The notes beneath the pieces are model-generated. The model ran no database searches. It worked only from the letters and a program-made list of their open reading frames with translations, and was not told the origin of the DNA. Made by a program: the position numbers and the translations under genes. A stretch of 64,000 nucleotides of DNA from an uncultured virus (IMG/VR IMGVR_UViG_3300018478_000073) (lineage: Duplodnaviria > Heunggongvirae > Uroviricota > Caudoviricetes): IMG/VR virus record IMGVR_UViG_3300018478_000073; one strand, 5' to 3'. This document shows, in pieces, positions 49,634 to 57,958 of the stretch; within the stretch, counting starts at the first letter, position 1, and each line of letters opens with the position of its first letter.

Positions 49634-49710
49634 ACTCGTAGGAAAAGGGGGTATCAAGCTATTAAGCCCTGTAGTTATTAACATAGTCAAGTTATAAAGG
49701 AGATTTTATT

Positions 49711-50175
49711 ATGAACAATTTAATGAGAGATTTTAGCGATTCAGATTACAATAAAATTATTGGTATGTTTAAATATCAGTGTAAGAAATATGGCATGAGG
49801 TACAGACTAGGAAAGTTTAACGGTGAATGTCATGTAACTGTAAGGACAAGATATGAAGAGTTTTCATTTGACGTAGAGAGCAATTTGTATGTAAAGCAGA
49901 TGTATCACAGGAGCATTACAGAGAGAGGTTCTCACAAGCAGTTTACATCAGACCTGCCAGAGCCTTTAACTGTAAATGAGACCTTTAAGTACATCAATAA
50001 GCATACGAGAACGAAGTATGAGGGTAAAAAGTTGTACAGAAAGACTAATGTCGATAGAAAGGTAGAGAATTATCAGGGTATTGATAAAAAGTCTGGGGGT
50101 GGAGTGTACAACGGCAGGAGAAGTAACAATACATATGGAAGACATTCAAAACAGCAGAGAAGATATTTGAAGTAG
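49711..50175 (+). CDS. Basic hypothetical protein
   Basis: AAGGAG RBS; followed by terminator. Confidence 0.75.
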   Translation: MNNLMRDFSDSDYNKIIGMFKYQCKKYGMRYRLGKFNGECHVTVRTRYEEFSFDVESNLYVKQMYHRSITERGSHKQFTSDLPEPLTVNETFKYINKHTRTKYEGKKLYRKTNVDRKVENYQGIDKKSGGGVYNGRRSNNTYGRHSKQQRRYLK

Positions 50176-50206
50176 AAAGGGGGTACATCAGTACCCTCTC
50201 TTTTTT
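50174..50206 (+). terminator. Intrinsic terminator
   Basis: AGGGGGTAC/GTACCCTCT + TTTTTT. Confidence 0.8.
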
Positions 50207-50302
50207 AATTTCAAGGTAATAACCTCTGCTTGTATAAACTACGAGATTACAATGATGTATAGTAAGGAATCAAAGAATTTTAAATTTATTTTTGATATAT
50301 TA

Positions 50303-50331
50303 TTGACAATACTTGTATTCTGTGGTATAAT
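50303..50331 (+). promoter_or_regulatory. SigA promoter upstream of the large ncRNA
   Basis: TTGACA-17-TATAAT, TG extension. Confidence 0.85.
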
Positions 50332-50337
50332 GTAAAA

Positions 50338-50990
50338 GTAATTTTATCTGGTAAGGTGATTCAATTCATACTTACTTATTTAATATATCGAGTTTGTTAG
50401 ATTGCCTAGTACTAACAATGTAGGTATATTGATATATGACTAACTCGGTGAAGAGGTGTTTATCAGCACTGCCGAGATATACCAGTTAATAGGCACACTA
50501 TACTATTGAGATATTGGTTTTATAGTGTGTTGGGTGTATAGTGATGTATACCCAGTATATTTGGAACAAATGTATCATTCTGGTATAGTACACATTATGG
50601 TTTAATAAAAGGTAGTATCCTTTCGCCAGTGAAATAGACGCTTGCGGTGCAAGAATAATCCTTTGATGTTTGAGGTAAGGGAGACCACGAACTAGGAGGA
50701 AGTTTCCGAATAAGCTGGTTTGCCTTGATAACTCAGAAGTGAGAGTATAAGAAAGAGATATGTACTGGTAGCGAAATGGCAGGATAGTACGAAAGTACAG
50801 ATATGGATAGTGAATTCCAGAACAATCTGAATGATTCGTGAAGGTAGGGGGTATTAATCCCCTCTGTGCAAGACAAGGGCGAGAAGCGTAGGAGCGTACA
50901 ACCTACTGCTCAGACTCGTTCTCACAGTGACTGAATATTATTATATCATAGTGAGGTGTACTCTGAATAAAAGGAGAGTCATGTATAATC
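50338..50990 (+). ncRNA. Large structured ncRNA, ROOL-like
   Basis: About 650 nt with no ORF of 60 aa or more; GC-richer than other intergenic DNA; nested long-range helices 50432-41/50977-86, 50588-600/50946-61, 50616-30/50764-86 plus many local hairpins; tRNA nearby. Confidence 0.75.
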
Positions 50991-51010
50991 AGGCTTAATG
51001 GGGGTATATT

Positions 51011-51244
51011 ATGGTTTCATTAGAGAATAGAAATGTATTACTTATTTACAATTCTAAAAGGGTTACGTACTCTGATAGTGATATTTTAATAGAAGATTCC
51101 ATTGAGCAACAGGAACATCCATACGCGCTATATGATACACGAGGAAATATATTAGAGACTAATTTATGTTGTTGTAAAGCTCCATTAAAAGACATATACG
51201 ATTGGACACTGGAGTCTGCGTTAATGTTAATGGAGGGTTTTTAA
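51011..51244 (+). CDS. Hypothetical protein
   Basis: GGGGGT RBS. Confidence 0.6.
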   Translation: MVSLENRNVLLIYNSKRVTYSDSDILIEDSIEQQEHPYALYDTRGNILETNLCCCKAPLKDIYDWTLESALMLMEGF

Positions 51245-51245
51245 A

Positions 51246-51524
51246 ATGCCTATTGTGTATGAAGTTTTCGGTTTTAAGGTCTATTATTGGCTCAGTGATA
51301 ATACAGAGCTTGTTCATTTTTATATTTCAAAGAATAAGATTGTTAGAGACAGTACAAAATTTTTAATCAATTCAGATGGTAAGATTTCACTTTTATGCAA
51401 TAAAGGAAACTTTGTTGAGACTGAACTAAGACAGCTTATAATGTGTTTGTATTCACTAAATATGAATAGAATAATTTTAAGAGATTGGTTTAATTATTTT
51501 GGAACATTAAGATTTAAAAAGTAA
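51246..51524 (+). CDS. DUF4160-like protein
   Basis: MPIVYEVFGFKVYYW..D..E.VHF N-terminus; C-terminal W..YFG. Confidence 0.55.
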   Translation: MPIVYEVFGFKVYYWLSDNTELVHFYISKNKIVRDSTKFLINSDGKISLLCNKGNFVETELRQLIMCLYSLNMNRIILRDWFNYFGTLRFKK

Positions 51525-51539
51525 TAAAGAATGTATTGG

Positions 51540-51564
51540 AGGACTACCAGGAGTAGTCCTTTTT
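51540..51564 (+). terminator. Intrinsic terminator
   Basis: AGGACTAC/GTAGTCCT + TTTT. Confidence 0.8.
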
Positions 51565-51654
51565 AATATTATATTTTAGAGTTAAGGTATAAAATTACAT
51601 ATAAGATACTTATTACCTAAGATTAGTGTTAATATATAAAGTATGAAGTATAAA

Positions 51655-51728
51655 GTACCGTTAGCTCAGTTGGTAAGAGCATTCGGCTCATAACCGAACG
51701 GTCGTAGGTTCGAGTCCTACACGGTACA
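51655..51728 (+). tRNA. tRNA with CAT anticodon, most likely tRNA-Ile2 (lysidine); CCA not encoded
   Basis: Acceptor GTACCGT/ACGGTAC, D-arm GCTC/GAGC, anticodon arm TTCGG-CTCATAA-CCGAA, T-arm GTAGG-TTCGAGT-CCTAC. Confidence 0.93.
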
Positions 51729-51820
51729 TTTTAATGATTGAGATTAGATGCACTAATATTTGTATGGAGAATATCGAGTTAACAAAGGATACAAGGTAAA
51801 TAGTTAGTAAGATAGGGTAT

Positions 51821-51845
51821 AGCCAGACTTTTTGTCTGGCTTTTT
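51821..51845 (+). terminator. Intrinsic terminator after tRNA
   Basis: AGCCAGAC/GTCTGGCT + TTTT. Confidence 0.8.
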
Positions 51846-51909
51846 ACATAGGGGGTATATGAGAGTATCATATTGTTTTTTAATAAGTAATTAACTTATT
51901 AAGAAGCTA

Positions 51910-51938
51910 TTGACATATAGCGAGAAATATGCTATAAT
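51910..51938 (+). promoter_or_regulatory. SigA promoter
   Basis: TTGACA-17-TATAAT, TG extension. Confidence 0.85.
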
Positions 51939-52019
51939 AGTATTATAGTTAAACAACTGTACAATCATTAGGTATAGTAAGTAAGGTAAGAAATAATGAT
52001 TTTATTAGGAGGATTGAAG

Positions 52020-52253
52020 ATGAATAAAATAGAGTTTAAGAAGTCAAAAGAGTATAAGGATGCTGTTGAAAAAATCAAAGGTTACTCTAAGGGGTTCAAG
52101 TTCACACTGCCTTATTACAAGATGACACAAGGTCAGAAAAATGCAATGAATATTGTTACAAGAGATTGTATGAGTGATAAGATTATTGAAAGTATTTCAT
52201 TAGGGTTGGATTTGAATGGAGACATAACCGAGGAGACATTTGTTAGGTTGTAA
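52020..52253 (+). CDS. Hypothetical protein
   Basis: AGGAGG RBS before ATG 52020. Confidence 0.7.
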   Translation: MNKIEFKKSKEYKDAVEKIKGYSKGFKFTLPYYKMTQGQKNAMNIVTRDCMSDKIIESISLGLDLNGDITEETFVRL

Positions 52254-52279
52254 AATATAAATTATGGGGGTAAAATAAG

Positions 52280-52447
52280 ATGCTTAGATGCTTGATTGAT
52301 ATGTCAGTTCCAGAGAATGGTAAGTGTGCAAAATGTTGTATTAACTGTAACGAGAAAGACACATGTAAAAATCGTTGTATTGGTATTGACGAGTGGAAGA
52401 CAGAGGATAATATTGCTAAAAATTGTATTGAGTGTATGGAAGTGTAA
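52280..52447 (+). CDS. 55-aa Cys-rich protein (absent from ORF track)
   Basis: GGGGGT RBS; MLRCLIDMSVPENGKCAKCCINCNEKDTCKNRC...CIECMEV*, 9 Cys. Confidence 0.65.
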   Translation: MLRCLIDMSVPENGKCAKCCINCNEKDTCKNRCIGIDEWKTEDNIAKNCIECMEV

Positions 52448-52485
52448 GTAAGATGAAAGCACGATTTTGTATGGGGGTATAGTTT

Positions 52486-52851
52486 ATGATTAAGTTTGAA
52501 AATACAACGGGAAAAGAATCTTTTGAAAACACAATGAATTTTCAAGATTTAAAAATAAGACCTATTCAACCATTATATGATAATCAAAAGCAATGGAATA
52601 TTACAGATCGTTTTGGAAATGAATGGAATCTAGTGTTTAGTGGAGATGTAAATGAGTTTTACTTATACAATATTCCGCATTATGGTTGTGATAAACCATT
52701 CAGAGTTGATTTTTGTATGAGTAAAAATAATATAGAGATACATAGAGCATTAAAGAATGGAAAAAATATTGTATCTGATAGACTATTAAAACAATTCTCG
52801 CAATTAATTTTAATGGTGAGTTGCTTTTATAAATTTGGATATATGAAATAG
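52486..52851 (+). CDS. Hypothetical protein
   Basis: GGGGGT RBS. Confidence 0.7.
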   Translation: MIKFENTTGKESFENTMNFQDLKIRPIQPLYDNQKQWNITDRFGNEWNLVFSGDVNEFYLYNIPHYGCDKPFRVDFCMSKNNIEIHRALKNGKNIVSDRLLKQFSQLILMVSCFYKFGYMK

Positions 52852-52895
52852 AATGAAAGAACGCTTTTATATAAAGGAATTCGGAGGAAGAGATT

Positions 52896-53084
52896 ATGAG
52901 AAATTTAGAACAGAAAATGATAGATAGAATCAACAATCAGATAAAAATTACAATGTCATCTTTTACAGAGTGGAATCCATCCCATGAAAGAAGAATGGCG
53001 AGAATAGATGGAATGGTGGATATGCTTACATTAGTAACTGGAAAGGAATATGTGGTTACTGAAAGAGGATTAATAGAGCGATAA
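52896..53084 (+). CDS. Hypothetical phage-type small protein
   Basis: GGAGG RBS. Confidence 0.65.
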   Translation: MRNLEQKMIDRINNQIKITMSSFTEWNPSHERRMARIDGMVDMLTLVTGKEYVVTERGLIER

Positions 53085-53173
53085 GATTTATTTACTGATA
53101 TACAGATTGGACGTATGTAGAATTTGAAGAAGAGTTTGGTGATGATGTAGCTGGCGAGGAAATCGAAGAAACT

Positions 53174-53558
53174 ATGAGAGATATGGTTATGGAACAGGTT
53201 GATTGGTCATGGAAGAAAAGTAGTTATGAACAGATAAATCCTTTTAAAGCAAAGAGAAAGGATAATGGTGAATGGGTGGAAGGGTATTACGTATACGACT
53301 ATTCACATGATGCACATTACATTTTCGCAAATATAATAGCGACACCTAATGGTGTGCATGATGGGAGGGAAAGTTTTTCGTTGGAATATTATGAAATTAA
53401 CCCAAATACTCTATACCAGTACACAGGACTGACGGAAAAGAATGGTAGTAAGATTTTGGGAGAATGATATTGTAGATATTGCATCAGAAGATGGATATCT
53501 TTTATGCGAGGTTGCCGGAAATGTTTTCGATGATGTAGAGCTGATGGAGGTGGAGTGA
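53174..53558 (+). pseudogene. YopX-family phage gene remnant fused to an upstream gene fragment
   Basis: FKAKRKDNGEWVEG and QYTGLT; probable original start 53226 ATG-AAC-AGA-TAA (in-frame stop, plus missing T); extra T near 53454 shifts WENDIV...EVAGNVFD out of frame. Confidence 0.75.
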
Positions 53559-53794
53559 TGAAATATAAATGCAAGAAATCTTTTTGCGTGGATAAGTACG
53601 ATGATGATGGGTTTCTGATTGAAAACGAAACAATAGTAATCGAAGAAGGAAAGATTTATGAATTGGATGAAAGCGGCTACATGATTATTGGTGGGAAAGA
53701 CCATGTGCATCTTGATGCAATAGATAATGGTTCGTATTTGGAAATTACAAAAGAGGCTTTAGAGGAATGTTTCGAGTTGACGGAGGTGGAGTAA
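53558..53794 (+). CDS. Hypothetical phage protein
   Basis: GGAGG RBS; TGATG overlap. Confidence 0.7.
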   Translation: MKYKCKKSFCVDKYDDDGFLIENETIVIEEGKIYELDESGYMIIGGKDHVHLDAIDNGSYLEITKEALEECFELTEVE

Positions 53795-54177
53795 TGAACG
53801 TATTAGAGAAAATTCTGGAAGAGATAGAGGAGCATACAATAGAGCTTGAATCTTTCGGAATGTGTGACGATTATGTAAGTGTTGGGTGGGTAAAAGAAAT
53901 CATCCGTTCCCACACAGATGAGGTAGATGATAGTTGGATTCCAGTTGTATGGAGAGAGACAACAGATGATGATGGGGTAGATAAAGAGAAATATCCATTA
54001 TTCTTAGATTGCCCTATGCCAGAAGATGACACTAAGATACTTGTAAGCTTAAAAGATGGAACAGTCTCTGAGGATGTTTGTTTACGAGATGACGGATATT
54101 ATCTGGATAGTGGTTATGATTGGATTGATGATGTAGTAGCATGGAAGCCATATCCAAAACCATATAAGGTGGTATAG
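53794..54177 (+). CDS. DUF551-like phage protein with MNVLEKILEEI leader
   Basis: WIPV...P.....LVS...VVAWKPYPKPY. Confidence 0.7.
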   Translation: MNVLEKILEEIEEHTIELESFGMCDDYVSVGWVKEIIRSHTDEVDDSWIPVVWRETTDDDGVDKEKYPLFLDCPMPEDDTKILVSLKDGTVSEDVCLRDDGYYLDSGYDWIDDVVAWKPYPKPYKVV

Positions 54178-54180
54178 GAG

Positions 54181-54337
54181 ATGAACGAATTAGAAAAAAT
54201 TCTGGAAGAGATAGAAGAGTATGAAGCATGTGAGTATGGTTGGAATGAAGCAATTGAAGCAGTTATAGAAGTCCTATAAAATAGTGGGGGATGGAAAGAA
54301 AGATAATGATTCCGGCAGAAGAACGATTGCCGGAAAG
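54181..54337 (+). pseudogene. Truncated MNxLEKILEEI gene plus DUF551 start remnant
   Basis: 32-aa ORF 54181..54279 followed by an IPAEERLPE fragment. Confidence 0.55.
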
Positions 54338-54408
54338 AGATTAGGAAACAGTGCTATGCATAGATGTAAATGATTACTACTTTGTTGCTGTATAAGGGGG
54401 TATAGAAA

Positions 54409-54918
54409 ATGAACGTGTTAGAGAAAATTTTAAAAGAGATAGAACATGAGGCAATGACGAACAAAGACATTGGCAGAAAACAATGTGAGGGAATGGCAAG
54501 AGCAATGAATATTATTCGCTCACACATGTGTGAGGATGTTTGTTCTAATGATGACGTAGTAGCGTGGAAGCCAAAGTGTAATATTGCAGTACATTGCAAG
54601 ACTGAAGCTGAAGCAAAAGACTTCTGCAGGAAGATGCATGAGAATGGTATGAGGTGGAGTGGCGGTGATAGCTACTTGGACTATACGTGGTACGATGTGT
54701 ATGGTGAGGAAACCTGTTATACAGGATATAGAATGTTTGCTGACTATGAATATTACAAAGAGAAGGGGTACAAAATCTTAGAGTGGGAAGACTATATGGA
54801 TAAGGAGTTAAACTTTGAACTCCTATGGGAGCGACAAGAACCAAAGAAGATGACCGTAGAGGAAATGAGACAAAAGTTAGAGGAGTTAACAGGTGAGGTA
54901 ATTGGGATAAAGAAATGA
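54409..54918 (+). CDS. Mosaic phage protein (MNVLEKIL leader; IAVHCKTE.EA domain)
   Basis: Leader and DDVVAWKP shared with 53794..54177; C-terminal KKMTVEEM..KLEELTG. Confidence 0.75.
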   Translation: MNVLEKILKEIEHEAMTNKDIGRKQCEGMARAMNIIRSHMCEDVCSNDDVVAWKPKCNIAVHCKTEAEAKDFCRKMHENGMRWSGGDSYLDYTWYDVYGEETCYTGYRMFADYEYYKEKGYKILEWEDYMDKELNFELLWERQEPKKMTVEEMRQKLEELTGEVIGIKK

Positions 54919-54988
54919 TTGTGATATCTAAACCTACATTATAGTTCACTAGACAAAGGTTATAGAATGCTTAGGGGGTATTTATAAT

Positions 54989-56059
54989 ATGCGTTCAGCA
55001 AGTGATTTAGATGCAATATTAACAGAGGCAGTAAAATTAGGTGCAAGTGATGTACATCTAGCAACTGGTTGTAAACCAAGGTACAGATTGTATGGTAAGA
55101 TTACAAATATGGACTATGCAGATTTAACAGACTTAGATACTCAGGCTTTAATTATGCCGTTACTTGATGCGTTAGCAAGGTCAGAGTTACACACAAAAGG
55201 TCAGGTAGACTTAGCACATAGTATACAGGGGGTAGCTAGGTTCAGGGTAAATGTATTTATGCAGAAAGGTGCGTTAACGGGGGTATTCCGTATATTAGCA
55301 TCTGATGTACCAGATTATTCAAAGCTAGGTTTGCCACTATCAGTTTTCAATTTGCAGAATAAGAAGCGTGGCTTAGTGTTAGTTGTTGGTGCTACAGGCT
55401 CAGGTAAGTCAACTACACTAGCCAGTTTAATTGATGCAATCAACAAGAATCACTACAAAAACATAATAACATTTGAAGACCCAATAGAATATCTACACTG
55501 GCATGCCAGAAGTATTGTAAATCAGAGAGAAATAGGTACTGACTGTAAAGACTTTAGTGCAGGGTTACGAGCTGCATTACGTGAAGACCCAGATGTAATA
55601 TTGATAGGTGAGATGCGTGACTTAGAGACAGTTGATACAGCATTGACAGCAGCTGAGACAGGTCATTTAGTATGCAGTACCCTGCACACAATGGGGGTAG
55701 CTGATACGGTAAACCGTATTGTAGACATGTACCCAGAGAGACAGCACAGGCAGGTACGAAGCATACTGACAAGTGTACTTGAGGCAGTTGTAGCACAGCA
55801 GTTACTACCAAGAAAAGACGGGAGGGGGTATGTTGTAGCATATGAAATTCTATACAAAAATAATGAGATTAAAAGATTATTAAGAGAAGGTCTTATAGAT
55901 GATATTAACGAGTATCTTAGAACTGAAGAGGCTAAAGTAGATGGTATGTGCAGTATGGATGACACAATAGAGAAGCTATACAAGAAGGGGGTAATTACTA
56001 GGGACGTAGCCTTAGATTACGCATTTGACAAAAAGGGTATGATGAGCAGGTTAAAGTAA
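54989..56059 (+). CDS. pilT: PilT/PilU-family type IV pilus retraction ATPase
   Basis: GASDVHL, RFRVN, GATGSGKSTT, EDPIE, LREDPDVILIGEMRD, AETGHLV.STLH, EIKRLLRE (AIRNLIRE-like). Confidence 0.92.
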   Translation: MRSASDLDAILTEAVKLGASDVHLATGCKPRYRLYGKITNMDYADLTDLDTQALIMPLLDALARSELHTKGQVDLAHSIQGVARFRVNVFMQKGALTGVFRILASDVPDYSKLGLPLSVFNLQNKKRGLVLVVGATGSGKSTTLASLIDAINKNHYKNIITFEDPIEYLHWHARSIVNQREIGTDCKDFSAGLRAALREDPDVILIGEMRDLETVDTALTAAETGHLVCSTLHTMGVADTVNRIVDMYPERQHRQVRSILTSVLEAVVAQQLLPRKDGRGYVVAYEILYKNNEIKRLLREGLIDDINEYLRTEEAKVDGMCSMDDTIEKLYKKGVITRDVALDYAFDKKGMMSRLK

Positions 56060-56082
56060 TCAGTGGGGGTAAGGAGAATACT

Positions 56083-56235
56083 ATGGGAGATATCAAAAAG
56101 TCAGTGATAACGCTTGTACTTGTGTTAGTAATACTGCTTATGTATATAGGGGGTATCTTAGAAACACATAAGGTTGTATTTATAGCAGTAAGTGTTATTT
56201 GCGTATTAATTGGTGCAAAATTATGGTTGGACTAA
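56083..56235 (+). CDS. 50-aa two-TM membrane protein (absent from ORF track)
   Basis: AAGGAG RBS; MGDIKKSVITLVLVLVILLM... Confidence 0.65.
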   Translation: MGDIKKSVITLVLVLVILLMYIGGILETHKVVFIAVSVICVLIGAKLWLD

Positions 56236-56262
56236 TAAATTAGTAAAAGTATTAAGAACCTA

Positions 56263-56291
56263 TTGACAAGTATTGAGATATATGTTATAAT
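56263..56291 (+). promoter_or_regulatory. SigA promoter
   Basis: TTGACA-17-TATAAT, TG extension. Confidence 0.85.
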
Positions 56292-56323
56292 AGTTATATA
56301 GAGTACTAAAGGAGGTTCTTAGT

Positions 56324-56674
56324 ATGATTCAAGTCGATAGAAAATTAGTGAATGTTGAGACAGGCGAGATAGTAGGGTACAGATACACAAATGGTATCTA
56401 TTCTGCGGTTGTAAGCGAGTCTAAGGCTGTAGAGTTAGGCTTAGAAGATGCTGAAATATTAAGGTATTTATCAATTGATTGTGTACTTAACGTATTTATG
56501 TATAATGGGAAATATTTTATCGAGGATAATGCAACAGGTAGTGCGGAGTTACCAGACGGTATATATGGAACTACTGTAAGCATCTCAGATAATCAGTTTA
56601 ATTTATATAACGGTTGTGATATAGATAACGAGTTAGCAATCAAGAGAATGTTAAGTGGCAAGGAGTTATTGTGA
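56324..56674 (+). CDS. Hypothetical protein (monocistronic)
   Basis: Own promoter, AGGAGG RBS and downstream terminator. Confidence 0.75.
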   Translation: MIQVDRKLVNVETGEIVGYRYTNGIYSAVVSESKAVELGLEDAEILRYLSIDCVLNVFMYNGKYFIEDNATGSAELPDGIYGTTVSISDNQFNLYNGCDIDNELAIKRMLSGKELL

Positions 56675-56716
56675 GTGTCTTAGTTCTTAGCTGTGCAGAT
56701 AAGAAACCACACAAAC

Positions 56717-56753
56717 ATATCTAGGGGGTATTTTTATTCCTCTAGATATTTTT
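56717..56753 (+). terminator. Intrinsic terminator
   Basis: ATATCTAGGGG/CCTCTAGATAT + TTTT. Confidence 0.7.
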
Positions 56754-56806
56754 GTATAAAGATTTCCTAGGATGCAGTATATTATTACTGAAAGTTGGTG
56801 ATTAAA

Positions 56807-57958
56807 ATGTATATAAGGGACAATATACATGGAGATATAGAGTTCAGTCCATCAGAAATTAAGGTTATACAAAGTAAGTATTTCCAGCGTCTAAGAAATA
56901 TTAAGCAGTTAGCTTTTGCGGATTTTGTATTTCCATCTGCTACGCACACAAGGTTTATACATTCACTTGGAGCAGTAAAATGCGTAACTGATATGTACAA
57001 TGCAGTATGCAAGAATAATCCGTCATTTTATAGAGATGGTGATTTACCTCTTTTAAGAATGATAGCATTAGTACATGATATGTGTCATGCACCATTCAGT
57101 CATGCAAGCGAGGAGCTTAGTACGATAGAGCATGAGGAGAGGTTAACTCAAGCATTAGAGTTACTCAAGGATGATATTGTAATACCTAACGCATATGGTA
57201 TCAGGTCATGGGAGTTAGTAGACCAAGTGTATCAGGGGTATGGCACAACATACTTAAGAGACAAGCACTTGATGACATTACACAATTTCATGGATGGTTT
57301 TATAGATGCTGATAAGCTAGATTATCTGGAGAGAGATGCTTTGAATTGTGGTGTAAAGTATGGTACTTTTGATAGGTTAGATTTAGTATCAAGTTTAACA
57401 GTACACAATGACAACATAGCAATCACATCAGAGGGGGTATCAGCCTTAGAGAGTTTTATACTTGCAAGGTATTATATGTTTAAAGAGGTGTATTTCCATC
57501 CAGAAGAGCGTATGATGCGTAATCTGTACTGTGAGGAGATGAAAGGTTTATTAAAGGAGGGGGTATTCCCAGAAGAACCAAAGAAGTTTTTAGCATTAGA
57601 TGACACAAAGTTCATTCACAGGTTAAAGTGTGTGAAAAGCAATCCATATGTTTTGGTGCTAGATGTTAATTTTGATTTAGAGTTAAAGAATTACATAGAC
57701 AGGTATTTATCTGACTATTTAATATGTGATTGCCCTAGAAAGACCTTATTTAGGGCTAGTGACACAGACCAGAATATAGATGTAGTAGATACTGTAACAG
57801 GTAACGTAAGTTTATGTACAGACTATTCACCGATATTAAAAGGTATAGAGTTCACGAGTATACATAAGTTAAGATATTATACAGAACGTGATATTGAGAA
57901 AGAAATGCAAAGAGAAATAGGAAAGGTGGTCAAGAGATTTTATGAGAACAAGAGATGA
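56807..57958 (+). CDS. HD-domain phosphohydrolase (YwfO/SAMHD1-like dNTPase family)
   Basis: RDNIHG, FQRLRNIKQL, HTRFIHSLG, LVHDMCH.PFSH, DADKLDYL.RD. Confidence 0.9.
   Translation: MYIRDNIHGDIEFSPSEIKVIQSKYFQRLRNIKQLAFADFVFPSATHTRFIHSLGAVKCVTDMYNAVCKNNPSFYRDGDLPLLRMIALVHDMCHAPFSHASEELSTIEHEERLTQALELLKDDIVIPNAYGIRSWELVDQVYQGYGTTYLRDKHLMTLHNFMDGFIDADKLDYLERDALNCGVKYGTFDRLDLVSSLTVHNDNIAITSEGVSALESFILARYYMFKEVYFHPEERMMRNLYCEEMKGLLKEGVFPEEPKKFLALDDTKFIHRLKCVKSNPYVLVLDVNFDLELKNYIDRYLSDYLICDCPRKTLFRASDTDQNIDVVDTVTGNVSLCTDYSPILKGIEFTSIHKLRYYTERDIEKEMQREIGKVVKRFYENKR

Noticed and set aside
50338..50990. tmRNA, RNase P RNA or self-splicing intron identity for the large RNA
   Set aside because: No tRNA-like ends or tag ORF, no recognisable RNase P P4 signature, and no interrupted host gene; not formally excluded without a covariance-model search
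53174..53467. Intact 97-aa gene as given in the ORF track
   Set aside because: Better explained as a chance fusion of an upstream gene tail with a frameshifted YopX remnant
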